From a virus (Duplodnaviria; Caudoviricetes), in the IMG/VR virus record IMGVR_UViG_3300042519_001321, positions 1-54,066 of that record: a stretch of DNA of 54,066 bases. One strand, written 5' to 3'. The translations under genes and the position numbers were made by a program. Of the stretch, positions 43,201 to 48,408 are shown piece after piece (within the stretch, counting starts at the first letter, position 1; every line of letters begins with the position of its first letter). The notes below the pieces were generated by a model, which saw only the letters and a list, made by a program, of their open reading frames with translations, searched no databases and was not told the origin of the DNA.

Positions 43201-43740
43201 TGTAAAACGAATAACCATGCCACTTCTAAATGGCTTACCACCAACAGGTGTATAATATTTTTTGCCTACTATATCACGATCAATATCAATCGGATTTTCT
43301 AGCGTCCCTGCAACAGGAATAACTGTCGGGCCATCTGGAAACCAGTAATATTCCTGATAGTTAACAAACTTATCAATCTCAATAGGTGGTACAAAGCTGT
43401 TAAAGTTTGCACCAAAAATTTTGTTTTGGTTGGAAGTATCAACACCATATGTAGATAAAATATCAATTAACTCGTCAAAGAAAATAAAGTCTTCGCTTTC
43501 TTTGGTTGTGTAATTAATAGTGTTTACCACCGGAGATAATGCATAACGTGCTTTATCATTATTGGGCTCTGCTATGTACCCAGCGATGCCCACATCTGCG
43601 CTCGATTTAGAACCTATATATCCCGATACTACTTCTACGTTTGCTTTACTAAACAGTTGCTCTACAGTGCTTTCAAAAAAGTTTTTGATTGCTGTAGTTT
43701 GTAGTACTACCGGAAGTTTTTTATAGATTTTATTGCTCAT
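22285..43740 (-). CDS. Giant (7151 aa) baseplate wedge/tail-associated structural protein with YHYH, PA14, glycine-zipper and beta-repeat modules
   Basis: Uninterrupted 21.4 kb ORF directly after the gp6-like gene (gp7 position); N-terminal KLP..LQT...F...DKFVNYQEYYW; C-terminal EVKPFSAKIRE; GxGY beta repeats; FHYH...GWAFDGLPIYGPYG; FKGYFLAPKSGTYNF...SDDG. Confidence 0.85.
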   Translation of the reverse strand: MSNKIYKKLPVVLQTTAIKNFFESTVEQLFSKANVEVVSGYIGSKSSADVGIAGYIAEPNNDKARYALSPVVNTINYTTKESEDFIFFDELIDILSTYGVDTSNQNKIFGANFNSFVPPIEIDKFVNYQEYYWFPDGPTVIPVAGTLENPIDIDRDIVGKKYYTPVGGKPFRSGMVIRFTGQYVIPSSELEIDYIVQGVGQGIYFVPRRNQFQTVFSTPVDAPYDGSYFPLNHPDIAHQAGNVSSVTVVSQGIGYVNPTVSITGSNVNVAVATANVAANGAITSIPVSDPGQGYTGFVGVELTDINIAYDIDTANTFTSSSNVVVTADIFLTTDPANVRVSQSVNGVASGIVSAKFNGAEVEGYFGTYLTVPTANVNPTTGTFTYPNHGLTTDDEVVYDAGGSTPISNILIGGRYQVLVVDSNRFQLKELGNVVTSSPGDTGNNSQGFIKKSTTFTVTAVNDGSLAAGMMLHHDDIVYKTKIVSQLTGSAGSTGTYRVDVANNTPHTFPETFTVKPTVVLSNAVELERDVVTADPALTFAGRDFIAEVNYEWEGTPVIGNLTISGTTLSVVDLDGGGTVKVGMVLSASGILPHTIIVSGSGSTWTVNKAQTLATTTQFTGYPAGSRLGINPANGEYYLMGGRWSYDRNDLDDDEFDGDSLWDAGLNASPPEYLTIQRGAENKNIWSTINFWYHRDNFKDAGMQLPNRRFRAERPIIEFDRSLELYNHGKRGAGSVIVACTQYTIDEVRGKPTGLLIDSTPIERQSIIFPNEQSDVAKYVYVAFTDLDSETIAVVRAPHPELNPIGAVDGDFNFVPWELSVDDVILVRSGAENIGTEYRFTPTGLELCQRKVSTNQAPLFNLYDTAGDYLGDNGKYPNNNFEGNKIFSYTLGTGADDNVLGFPLSWIGFKASSEIEFTVDMSQAKYSHTYQPFGGNQISTEGYKFYKLELNGEHELLSMMVPSDRPARQRLVSTYTIDRFDIDNARREFWIGCVPDLKSDNSYDVDVYVNGIKRTDWQYGVFNDGYVVFDRFDFANGDFIEISAFSNAGQLIVSDKAISKFELPLSWKTNVTNEEITATSSPEFTQHFKNYMEHQVGFEGDALQVNNFSSTPKDVAYATDIVVTDQDVILGALLLDDQPHNLVDAIRFNAEEYMKYKARLKKEISAYYTLFDTNGLSNEFILEKVLQNITSFNVGREVFNRTYVIPYGDNYLEERFEINDVNTTEFVSANFTDLNKIENSLLVYHVNADTFETTLLNVDKDYTITSFNPITVVLTSSVSVDLDDEIVLKLYNDERDSAQCPPTPSMLGMYPLSEPRIEIDNSFQTPIRVLVGHDGSKTTLSGDRRDDILLEFEKRVFNSAKAEFREANALPELNIYTLKPGAFRETGYDTTEWSSLMRYYFSNWALTQKIDFVTNEFYSDSNEWTWNYRGNTNLPGHWRGWYEHYYDTVRPHTHPWEMLAFFEKPLWWDNQYGTDYSSANTAMWDDLEEGIIRSGTRENLTADAYLINNPYRREGLHRVLPVDANGELITPKDIITTGTTTKTSIWSNSRANVTVGNFHTSSSLKSNTLLTVNGLNVTYSNSNIYIAGRNITNHNVDVETNAVGFGPIQEQDVSYNIPNVNLNLVSSSPTAMPNYAVAVLVNGVSLYTPKSIKSWDDRGVWHYNNGTIDDYNELATFSHSTVGGLFHYHAITPDVVGLTAGVVEEDGALKWDSTTHSPIVGWAFDGLPIYGPYGYTNPEDITSDIVNIKSPWALRQGTRSVAPGGAYTGMFVEDYEIDATKSGQPGYTNQFNLRYGFTPDSPTTKIRYYVVTVDNTGKPMFPYAIGGGYATHSSSTKTWAGQYYAAAQDLSNNTLSSGSVVAATPALTSTLQITFGTTDARNDSWKFGDGAPAENAWKYSEVYPFAVTEALLLARPGKFATEFADPTKLYRPAANKKYKLSVNTNYPWIFTSATDFEIHGDKDVNGNFITNIGYTQFINSWLRFQGLSPESDFITKVRSLNTKLGHRMSGFIDKDTMTLRTDQYSNEGSATSLIIPHENITVNIHGSPYKSRNFYSGVIIEKTSEGYKVRGYDKNLGYFNTLQSDKNKGRERISVGGSPAQFVDYSQNTTYKDGTIIRYKGAYYSARETFKTGTTFDAAKWRRLGALPQIGAATGTLYQQTTGTIIKVDYETVYDNTEDLFDFLISLGRYHESQGYTFGNFDETIGEVRDWAYAAKQLLFWTTGVWEIGNTLELSPMANKVTFVAPRGFIAKINRTDRSQFNIVNQNGVAINPTDCEIVRQDNTIEIVPPEGEQIYGVVLFTKEIEHAFVIDNVTQFNDVIFNPVINQGHTRLKIKATRTAGWDGRFLSQGFVIEGDSLKPNLDNMAESLGRYHELGFIPVEKQLYEASRAVFGFEQKQYLTELDIIDDQQYDFYTGMLQSKGTTTSLERIGTIVPALSRSPASEINVYDEWALRVADFGDTNQDQAIELKFDKIDQVQDPQLFTLAFPEDTTNIVEKIEVLERKHKYFNVPQIIISAPVQSNGVRATAAATLNSAGELGAITVTNPGSGYGEIVGVTVIAGEIVVDLEETAFETVRAYSTEYVSTSSASLTGNLTITDFSGSSNVTTTVNLSTGISNINSLVNAINSANAGVTAIAIRSDVLDGGNATVDKYTLELRGNGFTINSASANLHLNSAVNVYQNGVNYTNTVGSGYRYEPRQRYGFEVANNTVKADVTVSVNNSVLGAASWDYDAGDRWQITTAAVADQNNPLTVLLNTGLVNGNTTIANENYTTISNNNYPFVDVYVNGVLIQNSPEEIVYTLTASTVEFANISLLPTSVLTSLPNPATKTSRFVLASQSNVFVVEKGTIDFTNAYKGDITGSTLNIKVETHDHIAIKLGTRRNYEITPDATDDDIILIDIDDSSRFLRKPTGSRENNLWPTLTNVDSYGLTTEKYPTIPNAGYVNPANVNFMAYDIASLPDLFDTNIIIKPAGGSLIHMAEDESKNWNVYRLQSIGSRTSFVENKPGSNEAVLYTDRSLFAYLDTNLIGNDNTSKYMDYYLTLKNANVSDSVVIWTNETIVQQKKALIKDPQPPKMIEARIKSIGPHPESLITIQNILPVSSKVYRGATASASSPSNVVTISGITNSDIRNGDAVQLVAGESTDYTFNANVTFNSVGNVTVSSANITFVTAPSFVTLLCDGDSTANGNIYYVKSKNVSANTFVIESDYFEDANVVSGLGNVRYITSTFVSYGNISNHYVASNATTNAFTIELPGVIEKTATFNGSITGTVLTVNAVTGGIIERGMRLSGAGIAADTVITSGSNLSWLVSNSQTVGNVTITATRPNVIDVRHMNLTKLVTSSAHNLNPGDVVKVYANAWTGAYSIVSAPEANTVIISSPYTTDDKITGTIVRRGMQIKTTDPHGITKSSVDLNKRVAVHFATPKIYNKVYRITSVGSDTINVLDDFAVNDTTSVYFDVASGFANISANTFTIARRPILAATTVLYASNTQPVMAGDYYINENLSNTTITFKNTILSEDANISTGFVIIREPISTDFRYPVLTTVDHTKVTLNNSVINIGSYNNPEGMIESINRAIRLRRSAVTQDRSGKLNVSFNMLNDFKTPVRIPDTDIKTTASEIHNYGPYVRDEQSLIDLVGNSGSTKVAGEMKISDAVEYRRDPNFDTGPVYVGPLKGMRYTDSNGVMYYWDITLRKYIPNYETISGSSASGLEFELSTNSSISDGSEDSRNNVTDEGNRTIENAVSKPALPRGHTDGANVLKIIPGTAESNPIDPATKAVKWSQYNMDETVVYSSVTYSRWRLKTSEVWQFEVYEAVQNNAGTVYYILVDVVPADLPFAYDYFATVSAYNGFNGLLTETVYYTIGGTDSSAPAGIKWAATRNDRAKNFKYIEIPPVEPAFYVGKQIIPEPFAVKGGNGTDKYANFRFMPEGAVVGSATSDTETIIAILTVGHNSFFMWQPGITPGKWEPAAEGPGLLPGSGGADVAWGFGRGYYSENDNHVPDSLVFGDGATFNSIEDTNPYPGSSGKGWSTRQARFKYGKEFSVYPIQSPDSGYDLFADAIHDPTDTTLTNLRPDEIFVACFWTEPHTYVNQMIGFDYNNPDNDGNPTPVYKDYNGTIARVKYIRLTEIPADAMLRRPIADTGWGGERWRNVISDSVLLPGETVPEGYAGPEGYGAFAPEPTLGGGSTGDDDERPRYDEVRTGVSPRAATQRIGQIGLGAGFGRGTPTPYSAVTLVDERNLTPPAPVLTGGVLSDLPSACDARAPNPVPPRNEIMGACTVRPTVPKTSLLTEKTDAVGVDETHVINIQGKHPFLLIFDFSYDDGAGTKSVNGITIEQSDTPDFKEVKRYIIDTQTDPSTLAETNGSQIGRYGFDTIPGLNTIIYKPAENALGVLTQRVIENPLNKFASDRAIAARATNATTKKVLGVSGFGFLNRTIDCTQGQYVRITVSKGSANKTGKYALFVRYFADAPNEVDVALNEINVDNCMESPSRAYKEGGIITGYTYTSSRSTSIFASLAGAAAGATILLGGAAALAVAGTGFGLGFAVSAGVLFAPVGVVIAVGAVIGGLLGALFGKKKKPAGAGYFGSWKKKTSTFGANEDNIYFPYSRPTQSMISAGVDGQAYVGGGAKQVQQVRLGALQGGTVTEYSTTEFKGYFLAPKSGTYNFEMESDDGSWLWVSPKDDLSGDEYYKSDGNHPELGNKNYTWQNAIVKNGGLHANRKATGSIYLKGGGLYFVRGIYGNGEKDGNFSVSIKGPDYSGVLQFASRSCPEDDCGKFRAGELTNLDPVMRAVMQRLCPDTATFNPSSTPAGVAPGGGSVAGYGDINVNSELYTGSGRDYAGWNNYRANFSGYSQQGLTGYNFMPASFKTPIRKQVVDPQKYGYSESLDSGRYVNATSQRVTGGFTIPLAKKLTVVSRTSTPLRSYEIVDQPWYRPNTKTLGNLNQTLRNINYAPKRVGTSVTLNGVPVNNITTGADTVDANNGVTITTLNEIPATFATNTNEAVVDLGTTAMVPVEDGLLDTDNITYTRVPTINITPLTYGPNGELVPAGPTAVTNIYRPTPEVLIDSRDLATVPAGTELFFNDARVLFVAGTTPRDIATQIKCNQSGVDAQVQKNPDGIESLKIRSCSDTAIAIKNGCGGGTLKRVGDFHVVRGFEQTTTTTNTESCSSNATVLAPTTGFGGDANSIQTPTASYTLYDCSGNSTIFVPDDEIGIANGAVLPSTTTTTTRSSTYQNGGSGYQIGDRLRLIGGTPTNNTRGPIGSICVNVAGAGYNNPANLRISFGGDNSPGTGAAAEVTSIDETNGSITGVRMLNYGIGYDVKNPPSVTVTDISPRGPGAYLTVDAADLQGLTYYYNNIIEVQNHSVIDNSIIASGSTFYRVVANSIVLGAVTTISAANVSNYTFTNLINDTDALTINVANASLISGKIVEGGVITLLVTGDGTAAGNTVQSYLNNVAFTVDSVSGTTITIKDSYFTANVVSNISVLEFSLREPIESAVATGALRKIADQRMPLVPAELSARVGVVDRNSDIADTTDSNPGDSYAFIKGYKSLAGPLRVAKFIVTGVDDNGAITSLRVIDRGLYKVFPADLTQGIPLEYDYDLLGLPAFANSNNLGIADPSDSNNTPYGQNHPEYGGTGNNSVPPFINGKHPNIIKKSDGTRQSIQYPEFKYDAMLKTWAPYTGSPGAYDPQTSVDIGGQRLAKQYAIVIDPLDPEFGNYATPLRVAGGTGARVFLTADEVPDCSEKGRAKEDLGLPDQIADINVPETLADALNNALTGAGYLPEDITFRPIPTGPGVSKLNLVTGYPSVNIDTNTPGFPEKLGIEIGDYNVGMLCIEAEFVEPNLSDSQLAKEYENLYESGPFGLLSQEDIAKYTTTEALTAQAAPPTILSLLCVDSIKTDGPIIPDPERFNPDLQNTGFGADGGITYVREYYKYDIRNIFGDTVTLQGQNSQNVNVFVFESQRYNNVLDYNNNKIYLSDLEQDGDELANVWIDQYINLDPANISMPDFIPGGWAYLENGTPQRWQTPMVDTNYVKNALMYDPDTGNKTVQFDLWDPFKGVLPGFIQNEIHYIAESDPVNYNNARTNFGLNNVGKVWWDTSTIKYMWYEQGSNRERWVNWGRTFPGSAVTICEWVESRSLPQNWNGNGTPRYPDKYIAERRIDPETGKYVTYYYYWVQNRTIVDSRIKRSLGREFDTETIARYIANPVGYGLSMASFISNESFVLHNVSQHMKEENVIQINVSRNTTSDGIKHTAWKLVRENDNNSIIPDHISEKLIDSLCGENAIGQQVPDFTLSEVERYGIGFRPRQTLFRDITAARRALRTIVNNLLIDLKLETQYSSWDATLPSSLTYLERVNWYEVERVNNRDNTKIRYNNSYKPIFNVGSVGELNTLKNLPDGSVIQVKSATSDRPQLWMYTAPTKDFKLISIKRETLQVKSNVETALTDATLVFELRTLLNILRSPIFNDIGLWNKVFFEMLKYAYAEQPQLSWAFKTSYLYIEKDEEDLIPTVGFRPDNFARIIEYMNEVKPFSAKIREYRDGKRPPIETIGATMVSDFDKPPYIDRELGVVRVLDDFSQNDANIMFVDNAYSNYFSITNKGDSVFRHNNTTLVFDRTNYQLTQFGHNASTTPINLSIARNIANLNQMTEAQITANVQMRAIDKIFKFDSEVRFAFAAEVSTHYNDITAGSNTSITTNATVLYDIINSGNLAVTLNLVKEKVGGGWRGETIDANVFSKVVYGLDPTTTFLTNFGWDTDAWDVYGFDRNVEVTNYEGIFSELTQGNITLRRNNETYEGFDGATFKKVLYGEERPEEMVMLDPLESLIIDVYTSPYASGNTSTTPVTPSAVAVQYRMHQNLFGDTEFIRISSNKTATVTSNVYTYSTEITVDDASVFQTPRPGDPGVIWIGTERVLYERKDGNTFSQLTRGSAGTSVQDHLIKDIYNNDVVITVVEGSEEETFNRLDTNRAVWLEVGSEFYTYETYNVSTVAYANVAYAETGNANSFARANMAVSSANATVGANQLTLTTTANAIALLNQGETVAITANGNLLTAEGTSYTVSYASNVTFFYIKDIDGANNTITVEDDLFMQDGMWDYHAFDIDPLDESIAPVLTGNVIVTLEIPTLNVGANTALSLADVANADYANTESLMKFIHGI

Positions 43741-43755
43741 CTAAATATACACCTT

Positions 43756-46700
43756 TTAACGATCAGCTCTTAATGTTTGTGAACTTATTTTTTCTACTAT
43801 TTCAATGTCTGCTACTGTAGCTGTGCTTGCAAATAACTCGTTTGGCTCTGCTCTTACTGAGAACATATCACCAAATGCGCCCGAAGTGTTTTTAGGAAGA
43901 ATAACAATACTTCCGATTGCACTGCCTAAACGCTGATGGATATATGAGCTTAATTCAGTAAAGTAAAACGTTTCCCCGAACTCCCAATTCTCTGCTTCGA
44001 AGTAGTTATTTATCGCTGTAATTATCTGGGATTTTAATTCGTTATCGCTGATATTATTGCTTAGTTTAACAACTCTAAATTTGGCTTGATATGCCTGTTC
44101 AGCATACGGTCCAAACAATAATTTAAATTTTGCACTGCGATAGACAATGGTATCGCTTGCACTCTTATATTCATTTAGCCCTTCAAATTCGATTGCTAGC
44201 TCAGAGCTCATAGGCTCGAGCGGGAAGTTAGTAACTCCTGGCTGTCTTAAATATGTTTTAACTTGATTATAATAAGAAGTAGTCAACACAATCATCTCAA
44301 CTACGTTACTAATACTCGGATCGATACGCACATCTTTAGGTGCAACATGCTGCCAGCGGATAACTGAATCTTGCTGCAAAGGTTGTGAGGTATCTTGAGT
44401 TGGGCCGCGGCCAACTTTTACAAAGAAGTCGCTGGTTTCAACTAATCTTACACGAGTAATGTTTGTGCTGTCAGGTGTATTTAAATACACTTTATTTTCT
44501 GCCTCAGCATAAACTTTCAATCCTGCTGCTTTACCTTCATCGTTTTCGACTACTGATGCTGTTGCAAAATCTTTTGCAAATAACCAGTTCAATACATCTA
44601 ACGAATAGCCCTTAGCATAACTCTCACTGATTATAGCATTAGCTGAAATGTCAAACCTAATAGTATTTTCTTTTCTAAAATCTGCAATTACACCTTGTGT
44701 AGGTCTATCGTATATATAACCATCAAAATCAGTATAATATTCAAATATCTGAATATTGTTGTCGTATACATATTCTTTAAACTGTAGCGGGCGATCTGGG
44801 ACCATATCACCGTCACTGTCAACAGGGGCAACAATTACTTTCCGAGGGTCAACATAACCATCGTTGTACTTGTATACATCAGATATTTCCCATTCAATTT
44901 CTCTGTCTAGTCTTTCTTTATTTTGTACATAGTCAACAAGGATTTTGTCGCTGCTCACAGCACTGGTTCTATCAGTTGAGTAATGGTACCTGTTTAATTG
45001 TAGATCACTATATATTAAGTTACCAGTCTGTGCAGTTACATTGGCGTTAGCTAAAAACAATCTGCCTGTTACACTAGTATCAACGCTAGACAAGCCAGTT
45101 GTGCCATAGCTATAACAGTTAGCATTGCCGCTGAATACAATCAACGATGTTCCATCATTGGACGGCAACCTATATGTAATATTACCTGTAGCAGGGTCGA
45201 TGATGTTACCACCAAATGTTGTGCTGTTAAAAGGGATAGTAATACGGCTTGGGATTTTATTAATTTGACCTGAGTTGTTTGCAATAGTAACAAATAATGT
45301 TTGTGATTCTAGCTCACCTGTGTCAAACAATGTTGCTAACAACACAGTTGCTTCACTAACATATTGATTACCGGTTGCAGTATCCACTGTATTAGATACA
45401 CTGCCTCTTGGTCGCATTAGACCAAAATTACTTTTCCAGTACACGTTTACATCAAACCATTTTGTATCTCGGGTCTTAAGCACGATCCCAGGATCATACG
45501 TTCTCGGTATGTATGTTGCACCAGTTGAAGTATTTCTCCAACGAAAATCATTTGCGCCTACTTTGTGCCACTCAAACGTGTCATTGTTAAACGGTTTAGC
45601 ATTAATAGTAGTAAATGTAATTTTGTCCTTAGAACTCTTGTTGTTATTGTCAAGCACCTTAACATTTTTAATGTTATAAAACTTAAGATCGTTTTTACTT
45701 TGAACAACATAGTCTTGACCGCGTGAGGTCAAGTTATATCTATAGCTAACTGTGTTAACAGGAAAATATTCCATTAGCAGTAGCCAACTAGAGTCTAGTC
45801 CTTGCCCAGTTGTGTCTTTTTCGTAAGCAACATTAAATGAACCAGTCTTATCTAAATCTTTGTTTGCAATAATATACCACAAGTCTGCATATAGATCGTA
45901 GCCTAAACCAAATGTTCTTCGATTGTTGATTTCGGCTTGAATAGCGTCTGCTTCACTAACCGTAAATAATTTTCTCAACGACACAATAACTTCTGTTGCT
46001 AGCCAGCCGCGGGGAACAGTATCACTTAATGTCCATGGGCCAACACTAGTAACTAGGCCGCTGGCTAGGGCGCCGTTGTTTTCAATGTTAATAATTCTTA
46101 CCCACTTGTAGTCTGACAAGTCGTTTGAGTTAACAAACTTAACCAAGCAGTTTTCTTTAAACATTCTTGTTCGATCATTAATATTCAGCATCACTACCTG
46201 TGTACCCGAACTAAATGTTTCCGTCATATAACCTGTGTCGCCTTGAGCGTCAGCAGGTAATGGTTCCCAACGTATGTTTAAGTTGCTTACAGTAAACTTG
46301 TTTTCCTGGAAGGCGGTCCAATTATTTCTGAGACCATAATAAACAAAATTGTTTATGCGTTGTTTTTTAAGAACTTCCGGTAAAATGCCAACAACCACTT
46401 CGCGCGATGTTGTGTTATCATTAATAACAATAGATTCACTGTCGCTACTATCTTCAACAAATAATATTGCATCCTTAGCAAACGTATCAAGACTTTGATA
46501 CGTACCAGTTGGGTCGTTGATATCTATATAGCGACTATGGCCTGCATGAGTCTTATTGATTGCCTTAAGCTTTAAAATGTTGTTGCTCTGGCTTAATGGA
46601 AACACATTATAGTCTTGAGCAGATACCATTCGGTTCTGTGTATAATAAACTTGTGGTGCTCTACGCTTAATAGCATTTAAACTTTCAGCAGGCAAGCTGT

Positions 46701-47919
46701 TGTTAACACGATATTCGAGCTTAAATGTAAGTGTTAACGCTTGATTTTTATTTTGTTTATCAACATACGGGACCACAATAGAAACGTTTCTTACGTTTTC
46801 AGGTTGTAGAACATAGCGAGTTGGATCGCTGGTTCGATACCATAATCTATACACGCCATACGGACTATTACCAAAGTTGCCATCGCTAAACTTTAGTTTA
46901 ATTCCACCATTATCAACGTTTTCAACTGCGTATAAATTCTTAGTGCCTTTTGAAACACTATTATAGTTTAATGTTTGACCAACAGTGTTTGGTACTTTTT
47001 CCCACTTGCTTAATGGGAGACCGGCGGTGTTGATTTCCTGCAAGTATACATCAGTTTCATTGATATTTAAATCACTGATGGTTTCTTCTCTGTTTTGTAA
47101 AGACAGGGTGTAATCAAAATCTTTAAATTGTAATGTTCCTTGCTTAAACATTACAAAAAACCCTGTATTTTTGCTAGAAAGGCCTAGGCCATCATTTCTG
47201 TAAATAATGTTAAACAAATTAGTAGGATCAGGGTGTCTTTCGAAAAAATACCCGTTATCAATAAAATCAGGATTTATTACGTTAAACGGTCGGGTAACTC
47301 CATCGGCTGCAACACTGAAGTTGTAGGTAATGGGGGCTGTTATCGAAGTGTTTAATTGATATAAGTCTGTGGGAATATTACCTAACACACCTGATTTTAC
47401 TGGTGCAGTAAATCGGTTTGCGCTGCTCATTGCAGCATTTAGTACTGTAATAAACTGCTCATAGCTTAAAGGATTGTTTGCATCATCCCAGAAGACATTA
47501 ACATTATTTAGATTATTACCTTGACTGTCTGTGAGCGATTCTGTTGTTTTAACACCAGTAAGCTTCATTAGGCCGCTTGCTGGAATATTACGTTTCGGGT
47601 TATAGCCAAGCATACGTGCAAGCTTGAATACGCTGTCGCGACGTTCAGCAGTTTCTAAGAAATTCTCTCTGCTGTTTAAATCCATACGGAATGCTAATGA
47701 CTGCGAAAGGTATGCTAGCATTTCGATGATAGCAATGAACTCACTGCTTTCGATATAGTCATTGAAATTTTCTGGATAATTAGTTCTTACATATTCGACC
47801 AGTGCAGTTCTAATGCTGTCAAAATCGTATGCCTGAAAGTTTACTTGACTATACGCTTTATATGCCACTGTCCAATCTTCGGCAGCAAACAAATTATTTT
47901 GTCTATTAACTATTGCCAT
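43756..47919 (-). CDS. Baseplate wedge protein (T4 gp6-like)
   Basis: YDFDSIRTAL, FNDYIESSE, ENFLETAERRDSVFKLARMLGYNPKR, FSDGNFG, ESLNAIKRRAP...QNRMVSAQDY, FGETFYFTEL. Confidence 0.9.
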   Translation of the reverse strand: MAIVNRQNNLFAAEDWTVAYKAYSQVNFQAYDFDSIRTALVEYVRTNYPENFNDYIESSEFIAIIEMLAYLSQSLAFRMDLNSRENFLETAERRDSVFKLARMLGYNPKRNIPASGLMKLTGVKTTESLTDSQGNNLNNVNVFWDDANNPLSYEQFITVLNAAMSSANRFTAPVKSGVLGNIPTDLYQLNTSITAPITYNFSVAADGVTRPFNVINPDFIDNGYFFERHPDPTNLFNIIYRNDGLGLSSKNTGFFVMFKQGTLQFKDFDYTLSLQNREETISDLNINETDVYLQEINTAGLPLSKWEKVPNTVGQTLNYNSVSKGTKNLYAVENVDNGGIKLKFSDGNFGNSPYGVYRLWYRTSDPTRYVLQPENVRNVSIVVPYVDKQNKNQALTLTFKLEYRVNNSLPAESLNAIKRRAPQVYYTQNRMVSAQDYNVFPLSQSNNILKLKAINKTHAGHSRYIDINDPTGTYQSLDTFAKDAILFVEDSSDSESIVINDNTTSREVVVGILPEVLKKQRINNFVYYGLRNNWTAFQENKFTVSNLNIRWEPLPADAQGDTGYMTETFSSGTQVVMLNINDRTRMFKENCLVKFVNSNDLSDYKWVRIINIENNGALASGLVTSVGPWTLSDTVPRGWLATEVIVSLRKLFTVSEADAIQAEINNRRTFGLGYDLYADLWYIIANKDLDKTGSFNVAYEKDTTGQGLDSSWLLLMEYFPVNTVSYRYNLTSRGQDYVVQSKNDLKFYNIKNVKVLDNNNKSSKDKITFTTINAKPFNNDTFEWHKVGANDFRWRNTSTGATYIPRTYDPGIVLKTRDTKWFDVNVYWKSNFGLMRPRGSVSNTVDTATGNQYVSEATVLLATLFDTGELESQTLFVTIANNSGQINKIPSRITIPFNSTTFGGNIIDPATGNITYRLPSNDGTSLIVFSGNANCYSYGTTGLSSVDTSVTGRLFLANANVTAQTGNLIYSDLQLNRYHYSTDRTSAVSSDKILVDYVQNKERLDREIEWEISDVYKYNDGYVDPRKVIVAPVDSDGDMVPDRPLQFKEYVYDNNIQIFEYYTDFDGYIYDRPTQGVIADFRKENTIRFDISANAIISESYAKGYSLDVLNWLFAKDFATASVVENDEGKAAGLKVYAEAENKVYLNTPDSTNITRVRLVETSDFFVKVGRGPTQDTSQPLQQDSVIRWQHVAPKDVRIDPSISNVVEMIVLTTSYYNQVKTYLRQPGVTNFPLEPMSSELAIEFEGLNEYKSASDTIVYRSAKFKLLFGPYAEQAYQAKFRVVKLSNNISDNELKSQIITAINNYFEAENWEFGETFYFTELSSYIHQRLGSAIGSIVILPKNTSGAFGDMFSVRAEPNELFASTATVADIEIVEKISSQTLRADR

Positions 47920-48293
47920 TATTCGATACCTTCATTGATTTGTTTTTCAAAAAGCAAGTATAAACTTTCAGCGTTATTAAATGGTAAGTACTTTAATACT
48001 AACTCAGCTGAAATAGCATGATCAGCTACATAAATTATGAGATCTAGTAACTCTACTCTTGTTTCTTTTGCAACGATTCGTCTTATGTCTTCCTTTATAC
48101 GCGATACTAAAGTCTCGTCATTTGGGTCCATAAGAATGTCCCAAATAATACTACCAAAATTAGGCCGCATCACTCGCTCGCCTTTTTTAGTGTAGAATTC
48201 GTTGAGCAGATCTCGTTTGATGAGCTCTTGATCCGTTACAGTAAACGGAGCTTTTACCCGATCTAAAGTAGTGAATCCTTTGAATATTGCCAT
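47919..48293 (-). CDS. gp25: Baseplate wedge subunit, GPW/gp25 family
   Basis: LIKRDLLN..YTKKGERVMRPNFGS...ETRV signature; start at ATG 48293; TAATG overlap with the gp6-like gene. Confidence 0.92.
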   Translation of the reverse strand: MAIFKGFTTLDRVKAPFTVTDQELIKRDLLNEFYTKKGERVMRPNFGSIIWDILMDPNDETLVSRIKEDIRRIVAKETRVELLDLIIYVADHAISAELVLKYLPFNNAESLYLLFEKQINEGIE

Positions 48294-48298
48294 AACAA

Positions 48299-48306
48299 TA
48301 TTTATC
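48299..48306 (-). promoter_or_regulatory. T4-late-like box GATAAATA, 5 nt before the gp25 ATG
   Basis: GATAAATA-ttgtt-ATG; no SD; a restart promoter is expected here because a terminator lies upstream at 49438. Confidence 0.65.
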
Positions 48307-48348
48307 AAAAAAATTAAATACTGTTTTAATTACCGCTCAAAATAGGTC

Positions 48349-48377
48349 TTGACAAATTTCGAAAAGGTTGTTATAGT
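48349..48377 (+). promoter_or_regulatory. Sigma70-type promoter with extended -10
   Basis: TTGACA (48349-54), 17 nt spacer, TGn plus TATAGT (48372-77). Confidence 0.85.
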
Positions 48378-48408
48378 TACATTAGTGTTTAACATCAGGA
48401 CATAGCAT

